A DNA stretch of 24,000 nucleotides, from NCBI GenBank assembly GCA_963732825.1, contig CAVTAX010000002.1, positions 1,852,931 to 1,876,930 on the forward strand, in the 5' to 3' direction. The notes beneath the pieces are model-generated. The model had not been told where the DNA came from, made no database searches, and saw only the letters and a program-made list of their open reading frames with translations. Within the stretch, counting starts at the first letter, position 1. Every line of letters starts with the position of its first letter. The position numbers and the translations under genes are program-made. The DNA is from an uncultured Actinomycetota bacterium (lineage in GTDB: Bacteria; Actinomycetota; Actinomycetes; Streptomycetales; Streptomycetaceae). Shown piece by piece: positions 9,882 through 15,659 of this stretch.

Positions 9882-10103
9882 GTGCGCGAGTACATCGAGC
9901 GCGAGGAGATCATCGAGCGCGGCGGTTTCTTCGGTGGTGAGGAGATCATCGAGCGCGAAACGATCATCGAGGAGCGCGGCGGCTTCTTCGGCGGCGAGGA
10001 GATCATCGAACGCGAAACGATCATCGAGGAGCGCGGCGGCTTCTTCGGCGGCGAGGAGATCATCGAGACCGAAACGGTCATCGAACGCGACTCCTTCTTC
10101 TGA
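9882..10103 (+). CDS. Small hyper-acidic tandem-repeat protein (73 aa), function unknown
   Basis: The GTG at 9882 is preceded by AAGGAG (9870-9875) at 6-nt spacing. Third codon positions are almost all G/C. The product is MREYIER-[EEIIER GGFFGG]-[EEIIERETIIEER GGFFGG]x2-EEIIETETVIERDSFF. The repeat copies differ only by synonymous substitutions. A strong hairpin follows 10 nt after the stop. Confidence 0.7.
   Translation: MREYIEREEIIERGGFFGGEEIIERETIIEERGGFFGGEEIIERETIIEERGGFFGGEEIIETETVIERDSFF
9903..10090 (+). repeat. In-frame tandem DNA repeat (57-bp unit) inside the small ORF
   Basis: The full units at 9939-9995 and 9996-10052 are 56/57 identical, with the single difference G9953 versus A10010 (gag/gaa, synonymous). 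A 36-bp partial unit lies at 9903-9938 and a diverged unit runs from 10053. Confidence 0.95.
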
Positions 10104-10113
10104 CCCCAGCCAC

Positions 10114-10147
10114 CCGCGGCCCGTCCCTGTCGGGGGACGGGCCGCGG
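10114..10147 (+). terminator. Perfect 14-bp stem / 6-nt loop hairpin after the small repeat ORF
   Basis: CCGCGGCCCGTCCC (10114-10127) is the reverse complement of GGGACGGGCCGCGG (10134-10147). Confidence 0.6.
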
Positions 10148-10150
10148 TGC

Positions 10151-10207
10151 GTTCCCCGCGCCCTGAGGCCGAGCCCCGAAGGGGCGCGGGGAACCGCGCG
10201 ACCAGCC
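10151..10207 (+). repeat. Copy B of the interspersed repeat, embedded in a 13-bp stem hairpin
   Basis: GTTCCCCGCGCCC (10151-10163) pairs with GGGCGCGGGGAAC (10182-10194). The core AAGGGGCGCGGGGAACCGCGCGACCAGCC (10179-10207) matches copies A and C. It lies between the convergent small ORF and nfi, so it may also act as a bidirectional terminator. Confidence 0.7.
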
Positions 10208-10284
10208 CGCACGAACCGGCGGCCGGCCACCGCGCAGAACCCCAGGCGGCCCGAGCCCCCGGAACGAACCCGCGGAGCGAACCC

Positions 10285-10983
10285 TCAGCCGGCGGCGGCC
10301 AACACGTCCCGGCTCAACCGGTCCGCCGCCCGGGTCGTCTCCGGCAGGCGATAGTCCCTCGCCGCGCGGAGCGTCAGCGCGCAGGCCGTGTCGAGGCCGA
10401 TGCCGTGACCGGTGGAGACGAAGACCGGTTTGACCCCGTCCCGCGTGCGCAGCACCCGTCCCACCACCTCGCCGTCGTCGACGAGGCCGGCGGACGCGCC
10501 GCGCCCCGCACCGAGCGCCGCCGCGTCCCAGGTGCCGGTGAACGGCGTCTTGGCCACGCCCGCGGTCGGCAGGCCGGTGAGGACGCCGAGGTGGCAGGCC
10601 AGGCCGAAGCGGCGCGGGTGCGCCAGCCCCTGTCCGTCGCACAGCATCACGTCGGGGACGGCGGTCAGCTTCTCCAGCGCCTCGATCAGCACGGGCAGTT
10701 CCCGGAACGCGAACAGCCCCGGTATATAGGGGAAGGCGGCGCGTCCGACGGCGGTGGCGCGTTCGAGGACCTCCAGGGTGCCGGCGTCGAGCACGACGAC
10801 CGCGGCGGCCACCAGGCCGTCGGTGCCGCCGCCGTCCCCGGCGTAGGCGACGTCGAGCCCGGCGAGCGTGTCGGGTGCGGCGGGTCCGGGACCGGTGTGG
10901 TCGGCGAGCGGCCGCAGGCGGTCCTGGATCGCGACGGCCTCGTCGGCGTCGGCGGGCCAGGTGTGCGGGATGTCGATGCGCAT
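10285..10983 (-). CDS. nfi: Endonuclease V (deoxyinosine 3' endonuclease)
   Basis: Track ORF 10285..11064, using the internal ATG (rc 10981-10983). The motifs are typical of endonuclease V: AGLDVAY..., FPYIPGLFAFRELPVLIEALEKL, DVMLCDGQGLAHPRRFGLACHLGV, KPVFVSTGH. Confidence 0.9.
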   Translation of the reverse strand: MRIDIPHTWPADADEAVAIQDRLRPLADHTGPGPAAPDTLAGLDVAYAGDGGGTDGLVAAAVVVLDAGTLEVLERATAVGRAAFPYIPGLFAFRELPVLIEALEKLTAVPDVMLCDGQGLAHPRRFGLACHLGVLTGLPTAGVAKTPFTGTWDAAALGAGRGASAGLVDDGEVVGRVLRTRDGVKPVFVSTGHGIGLDTACALTLRAARDYRLPETTRAADRLSRDVLAAAG

Positions 10984-11012
10984 GGGCACCAAGGATGGCA
11001 GGGCCGGGCGGG

Positions 11013-11528
11013 TCAGCCGAGCGGGATGTCGCCGGTGCCCGTGTAGGGCCCGCCGGGGGCACAACCGGTGGTGACCAGCAGGTCGACGGCGTCCCGGCCG
11101 GCCACCACCAGCAGTCGCCCGCCGCCGGGCACGTCGCCGTGGGCCACCTGCTCGCCCTCCGTGCCGGTGGTGAACGGGCGCAGCCGGTAGCCGCCCTTCC
11201 GCAGGGCGGCGGCCACCGCCGCGGGGATCCCGGGGCCGAGGGGGGACATCGAGCTGACGGTCACCGCGGCCGTCTGCCGCTGCTCGCCCCGCGTGGCGCA
11301 GGCGGCCAGGGGCGTTCCGTCGCCGGGGCCGACGCCGTTGGAGATGCCGTTGGTCTCCTTCGGCCAGTGCACGGCGGTGACCGCCCTGCGCAGGGAGGCG
11401 ATGTCGAGCCGGGCGACCGCCGCCAGGGAAGCGGGCTGGCCGGGCGGGCCGTGCTGCGCGCCCGAGCAGCCGGCCGCTGCGAGGACCAGAACGGCTGCGG
11501 CGCGGGCCGGTGCACGGTTCGGCGGCAT
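11013..11528 (-). CDS. Putative lipoprotein (paralogue 1)
   Basis: It has a signal peptide with a lipobox (VLVLAAAGC). Third-position GC is high. It shares blocks with the next gene (HWPKE...PLAACATRG / LRPFTTG / LLVTTGCAPG). Confidence 0.75.
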   Translation of the reverse strand: MPPNRAPARAAAVLVLAAAGCSGAQHGPPGQPASLAAVARLDIASLRRAVTAVHWPKETNGISNGVGPGDGTPLAACATRGEQRQTAAVTVSSMSPLGPGIPAAVAAALRKGGYRLRPFTTGTEGEQVAHGDVPGGGRLLVVAGRDAVDLLVTTGCAPGGPYTGTGDIPLG

Positions 11529-11586
11529 GTCTGGTTCCCCCCGGTGATACGAAATTCCTGATTTCAGCGCGCCGCTCTGACCGTCC

Positions 11587-12123
11587 TCAGGCCACGGACA
11601 GTCTGAGCAGCGTGGGGGTGGCGTTCTGCGTGACGGGGGTGCCGGGCGCGCACGGGGTGAAGGCGAGCAGGAACAGCTGGGCGAGACCGTTGGTGAGGGT
11701 CAGCCGCTCGTCCCCGTGGGTGCCGGTGGCGGTCTTCGACGCGCCGGAGGTGGTGAAGGGGGTGATCTTCCAGCCGTGCCGGCCGAGGTAGGAGACCAGC
11801 TGGGGTGTCTGCGCTTTCAGCCGCGCTGCGTCCGGCAGGGCGACGGTGACGGACAGCTGCACGGCGTTGCGCCCGGTGCCGTGCGCGGTGCACTTGGGGA
11901 GCGCGGTGCCGCTGGGCACCGGCGCCACGCCGTCGAGCCCCTGGGCCTTGCTCGGCCACTTCAGCGCCATGAGCGCGCCGCGCAGTTCGGCGTCCAGCGC
12001 GTCGGTCCTGCCGATCAGGGTCCGGCCCTTCGGCGCGGCGGGCGCGGCGTGGTGCCCGCCGCAGCCGGCGGTGGCCAGCAGCGTGAGCGCGGCGGCGGCC
12101 AGGGCGAGAACGCGTCGGGTCAT
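11587..12123 (-). CDS. Putative lipoprotein (paralogue 2)
   Basis: Track ORF 11587..12159. The internal ATG (rc 12121-12123) is preceded by GGGGAG. It has a lipobox (LLATAGC). Blocks shared with 11013..11528 are KWPSK...LPKCTAHG / ITPFTTS / LLAFTPCAPG. Confidence 0.75.
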   Translation of the reverse strand: MTRRVLALAAAALTLLATAGCGGHHAAPAAPKGRTLIGRTDALDAELRGALMALKWPSKAQGLDGVAPVPSGTALPKCTAHGTGRNAVQLSVTVALPDAARLKAQTPQLVSYLGRHGWKITPFTTSGASKTATGTHGDERLTLTNGLAQLFLLAFTPCAPGTPVTQNATPTLLRLSVA

Positions 12124-12286
12124 GGTCCACTCCCCTGGATCGCGGCGGTGTGCCGGCACCGCGGCCGGCGGTGACGCACGTGGCCCGGCGGCCCGGTGCG
12201 GCCGGCAGGCGTCGGCAGCCTAGCGTGGTTGTCACGTACAGGTCATCAATTCCCGCACGTCACGCCGTTCTCACAGCTCACACCGT

Positions 12287-12314
12287 CCCGTTGCCGGTGC
12301 GCACCGGCAACGGG
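12287..12314. terminator. Perfect 28-bp palindrome immediately downstream of mazG
   Basis: CCCGTTGCCGGTGCGCACCGGCAACGGG equals its own reverse complement. It lies 8 nt after the mazG stop on the minus strand. Confidence 0.55.
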
Positions 12315-12321
12315 CAGCGGA

Positions 12322-13296
12322 TCAGGCCCGGTCCGCCTCGGCGGCGCGCAGCGCGGCGCGGTAGCGGCGGGCGGCCGCGCGCAGGGCGGCCTCGGGGTCG
12401 GCGCCGGCCGCGTCGGTGGCGGCGGCCAGGGCGAGGAGCCGGTCGCCCGGGTCGGGGGCGTCCGGCGCGGGCAGGGGCACGTCCAGGCCGGCGGCCCGGG
12501 CGCGGGCGGTCAGCTTCGCGGCGAGCGCCAGCGCCGGCTGGTTCATCGGCACCCCGTCGGCGGCGGACGCGCGGCGCTTCTCCGCCGCCTTCGTCCGCTC
12601 CCAGTGCTCGTGCACCTCCTGCGGGGTCTCGGCGCTCTCGTCACCGAAGACGTGCGGGTGGCGGCGCACCAGCTTCTCCACGATGCCGCCCGCCACGTCG
12701 TCGATGCCGAACGGCTCGTCCGCGTCGTCCTGCGCGATGCGGGCGTGGAAGACCACCTGGAGCAGCACGTCGCCCAGCTCCTCCCGGTACGCCTCCCGGT
12801 CGCCCTCCTCGATCGCCTCGACGAGCTCGTACGCCTCCTCGATCAGGTACTTCACCAGGCTCTCGGAGGTGCGCTGCCGGGTCCACGGGCACTCGCGCCG
12901 GACTTGGTCCATGACGGCCACCAGGTCCAGCAGCCGGGCGCCCGGCAGGTCGTAGGAGGCGGGCAGCAGTTCCAGGTCCGGCATGGCGGTGCGCCCGGAG
13001 CCGGCCAGCCGCGCCAGCTCGTCGGTCAGCGCCCGCTCCCCCTCACCGCCGGCGACCACCACCACGGTGTGCCCGCCGGCCGCCCGCTCCAGCAGTTCCC
13101 GCCCGCCCGGCACGCCCGCCTCCACCACCACGCCGGCCTCCCGCAGGTAGGGCAGCTGCGGGTGGCCGGGGTCGGCGCACAGCACGGCGTCGGCCCCGCG
13201 CAGTGCCTGCCACGCCTGCCAGGACAGCAGTCCGGGGGCGACCCGGTGGCTCGTGGTCAGCAGGATCAGGCGGCCGGCGCCGGTGTTCGCGTTCAC
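12322..13296 (-). CDS. mazG: Nucleoside triphosphate pyrophosphohydrolase MazG (N-terminal methylase-like domain plus MazG domain)
   Basis: The 324-aa ORF starts at a GTG. The MazG core reads CPWTRQRTSESLVKYLIEEAYELVEAIEEGD...EELGDVLLQVVFHARIA...KLVRRHPHVFG. Confidence 0.9.
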   Translation of the reverse strand: MNANTGAGRLILLTTSHRVAPGLLSWQAWQALRGADAVLCADPGHPQLPYLREAGVVVEAGVPGGRELLERAAGGHTVVVVAGGEGERALTDELARLAGSGRTAMPDLELLPASYDLPGARLLDLVAVMDQVRRECPWTRQRTSESLVKYLIEEAYELVEAIEEGDREAYREELGDVLLQVVFHARIAQDDADEPFGIDDVAGGIVEKLVRRHPHVFGDESAETPQEVHEHWERTKAAEKRRASAADGVPMNQPALALAAKLTARARAAGLDVPLPAPDAPDPGDRLLALAAATDAAGADPEAALRAAARRYRAALRAAEADRA

Positions 13297-13338
13297 CTGT
13301 CGAACGTACCCCCCGGCGCCGGACCCGGGCGTCCCCGG

Positions 13339-13992
13339 TCAGCCCGTGACGGACGCCGGCTTGGCGGGGACCGTGGCGGGGTCGAGCCAGTGGGAGGTGG
13401 TGTTGCCGATGGCCAGGCCCTCGGCGTGCCAGGTGCCGTAGCGCGGGTTGACGTCGACGTGCAGGGTGGCGGCCGTGCGGGACAGCTCGGTGTCCACCTG
13501 CTGCTGGCCCTGCGCGGTGTTGAGGTCGGCGCCGATCGCCCGGGCGATGCCGGCCCGCTGGATCTGGCTGCGGAAGAACGTCTGAGTGGGCGCCCCCGGG
13601 GCCACCGCGGCGCGTTCCAGCAGCAGGTCGCGCAGGCCGTCCTTGCCGCCGAAGCGCTGCTCGTCCATCGATACGGCCGTCTCGATCTGGCCCTGCGTGA
13701 CGGTGACGTGGTGGGCGGCGGCGGCCCGGTCCAGTACCCGGTAGCCGACCAGGCTGTCGAGCATCAGCCGGTTGAGCCCGCCGTCGGCGCCGCTCAGCGC
13801 CACCTGCTGCCCGGACGCCGACTGCGCGTGTCGCAGCTGGGTGACCTGGTTCTGCAGTTCGGTGACGGAGATCGTGCTGCCGCCCACGACCGCGGCCGAC
13901 CCCGGGTGCTGGGCGCACGAGGTGATCAGGGGTGCGGCGAGCACGAGGGCTGCGGCGGTCAGGGAGAGGGTGACGGTGCGGCGGCGGACCAT
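13339..13992 (-). CDS. SurA N-terminal-domain-like lipoprotein (putative chaperone)
   Basis: The ATG is preceded by GGGAGG. It has a lipobox (APLITSC). The sequence ...ISVTELQNQV...LNRLMLDSLVGYRVLDRAA...VTVTQGQIE...VDVNPRYG resembles the SurA_N-type lipoproteins found next to mazG in Streptomyces. Confidence 0.75.
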   Translation of the reverse strand: MVRRRTVTLSLTAAALVLAAPLITSCAQHPGSAAVVGGSTISVTELQNQVTQLRHAQSASGQQVALSGADGGLNRLMLDSLVGYRVLDRAAAAHHVTVTQGQIETAVSMDEQRFGGKDGLRDLLLERAAVAPGAPTQTFFRSQIQRAGIARAIGADLNTAQGQQQVDTELSRTAATLHVDVNPRYGTWHAEGLAIGNTTSHWLDPATVPAKPASVTG

Positions 13993-14161
13993 GGAGCCTC
14001 CCGGCGTTGATCGTTGCGGCGGTGCGTCGATCTTCTGCGCTGATCGAGAATAGGGACTAGGGGTGCGCGATATCCACTACCCCGCACCAGGAACCTGCCG
14101 GCGGCGGCCCGTCGCCGGGCGTGGCCCGTCCGGGAGAGGCGTGGCGGCAGCGGTCCGGGAA

Positions 14162-14207
14162 GGCGTCCGGGGGTGGTCGCGAGGGGCGTCCGGGGGTGGT
14201 CGCGAGG
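14162..14207. repeat. Perfect 23-bp tandem duplication (GGCGTCCGGGGGTGGTCGCGAGG x2)
   Basis: 14162-14184 and 14185-14207 are identical. The duplication lies in the divergent intergenic region. Confidence 0.95.
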
Positions 14208-14739
14208 GGCACGTTCCTCCGAAGCGGCTTCGTACCCGGGGTAGCAGGAGGGCCAGCAGCTCGCGCCGAGCGGCCTCTTGGACAACCGGCACGGAGCACA
14301 TCGTCATCATACGCACGGAACCGGACATGTCCGAATTACTAGTGCGTGCGCGGGATTTGGGCGGACAGCGAGTGTGACCCTGGCCATATGACGCAGATCA
14401 CATACTGCCGCGGCTAGTGGACGTTTGAACGCGGCCCGACGGGGGAGCCCGAGGCCATTTCCCAGGGGTCCGGACAGCCGTGATCTTACCCGGCTTTTAT
14501 GCCGAACGACGATCCGCACTAGTAGACGAGCATATTGCCAGCGGAAATTCCGGCGGCTAGACATTGCCGAGCCGCAGGGTCCGCGAATCGAATCGCGGGC
14601 CTTTCGTCGCCCCACCACGCCGAGAATGGTGATCCTCCCGTATCGCCGTCCCCCGATCACCTTGTCGGCGAACACCACCACCCGTTGCGAACCGGGACGA
14701 CGACTGCGGCTTTCAGCAGACTGGAAGGCCGCTCACACC

Positions 14740-15654
14740 ATGCCCAGACACGCCCGCTTCCGCCTCACTCTGGCTCACAAGATCTCCGCCGCGACCATCG
14801 CCACCGCCGGCGCCGCCGCACTCGCGCTCACCGTCGTCCCGGGGACCGCGATCGCCCACGAAGCACACAGTGCCTCCGGCAGCGCCGAGGCCGTCTCGTG
14901 GAGCAGCGCCGCCGGGCACACCGCCCGCGCCGGCCACGACGACCTCACCCGCCAGTACTGGCGGGCCCACCACCAGTGGTGGCTGAAGAAACAGGCCGAG
15001 GCCAAGGCCGCCGCCGAGGCGAAGGCCAAGGCAGCGGCCGCCGCGAAGGCCAAGGCCAAGGCGGAGGCGCACGCCCGCTGGGTCGCGCACTGCAAGGCCG
15101 AGGCCGCCAAGAAGGCCGCAGCCGCCAAGGCCGCCGCCGCCAAGGCGGAGGCCGCGAAGAAGGCCGCAGCCGCCAAGGCCGCCGCCGAGAAGGCCGCCGC
15201 CGAGAAGGCCGCAGCGGCCAAGGCCGCGACCGCGAAGGCCGCCGCCGCCAAGGCCGCAGCCGCCAAGCCGGCCGTCGTCGCCAAGCCCGCCGCCGCCACC
15301 GTCAAGACCGCCGCGGCGACCACCGTCGTCTACACCAACAACCTCGACGGCTGGATCAAGCACGCGCTGGCCATCATGAAGGCCAACGGAATTCCCGGCA
15401 CCTACGACGGCATTTACCGCAATGTCATGCGGGAATCCAGCGGCAACCCGAATGCGATCAACCTCTGGGACATCAACGCCCAGGAAGGCCACCCGTCCAA
15501 GGGCCTGCTCCAGACCATCCAGTCGACCTTTGACGCCTATCATGTCGCCGGAACGTCGACGAACATCTACGACCCGGTCGCCAACATTGTCGCCGCGTGC
15601 AACTACGCGTACCACGTGTACGGTTCGATCGACAATGTGAACGGCCCGTACTAA
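14740..15654 (+). CDS. Secreted lytic transglycosylase (SLT domain) with an Ala/Lys-rich repeat linker
   Basis: Track ORF 14425..15654, using the internal ATG at 14740. It has a signal peptide (ATIATAGAAALALTVVPGTAIA) and ~110 aa of AAKKAAAAKAAAEKAAA-type low complexity. The C-terminal SLT motifs are NVMRESSGNPNAIN (catalytic Glu), GLLQTIQSTF and NYAYHVYG. Confidence 0.85.
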   Translation: MPRHARFRLTLAHKISAATIATAGAAALALTVVPGTAIAHEAHSASGSAEAVSWSSAAGHTARAGHDDLTRQYWRAHHQWWLKKQAEAKAAAEAKAKAAAAAKAKAKAEAHARWVAHCKAEAAKKAAAAKAAAAKAEAAKKAAAAKAAAEKAAAEKAAAAKAATAKAAAAKAAAAKPAVVAKPAAATVKTAAATTVVYTNNLDGWIKHALAIMKANGIPGTYDGIYRNVMRESSGNPNAINLWDINAQEGHPSKGLLQTIQSTFDAYHVAGTSTNIYDPVANIVAACNYAYHVYGSIDNVNGPY

Positions 15655-15659
15655 AAGCG

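Noticed and set aside
9903-10090. CRISPR-like array (regular 57-bp repeats). The 27-bp-period repeats at 6104-6150 were considered for the same reason
   Set aside because: The repeats are directly abutting with no unique spacers, are in frame within a well-supported ORF (or number only two copies), and no cas genes are nearby.
9692-11062. N-terminal 456 codons of the 862-aa minus-strand track ORF 8474..11062, which would extend the P450
   Set aside because: The extension is Arg/Pro/Gly-rich junk. It reads antisense through the small repeat ORF (MISSPPKKPPRS repeats) and out of frame through nfi. The P450 homology begins only at MPELFTWEF (9691). It is a stop-poor shadow frame typical of high-GC DNA.
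14400-14500. Possible second ydaO/c-di-AMP riboswitch upstream of the SLT gene (ACGGGGGAGCCCGAGG ... GGGGTCCGGACAGCCGTGATCTTACCC)
   Set aside because: The resemblance to the GGGGGACCC and CCGACAGCUAACC segments is only superficial. The two pieces are ~25 nt apart, too close for the pseudo-two-fold ydaO architecture. The GGGGUGAAUCC and CCCGAA elements are missing.
14307-14681. 124-aa minus-strand ORF, and the 14063..14377 plus-strand ORF, inside the long SLT/lipoprotein intergenic region
   Set aside because: There is no Shine-Dalgarno sequence, codon-position GC is not gene-like, the products are Arg-rich with no motifs, and the ORFs span the lower-GC motif-rich DNA that looks regulatory.
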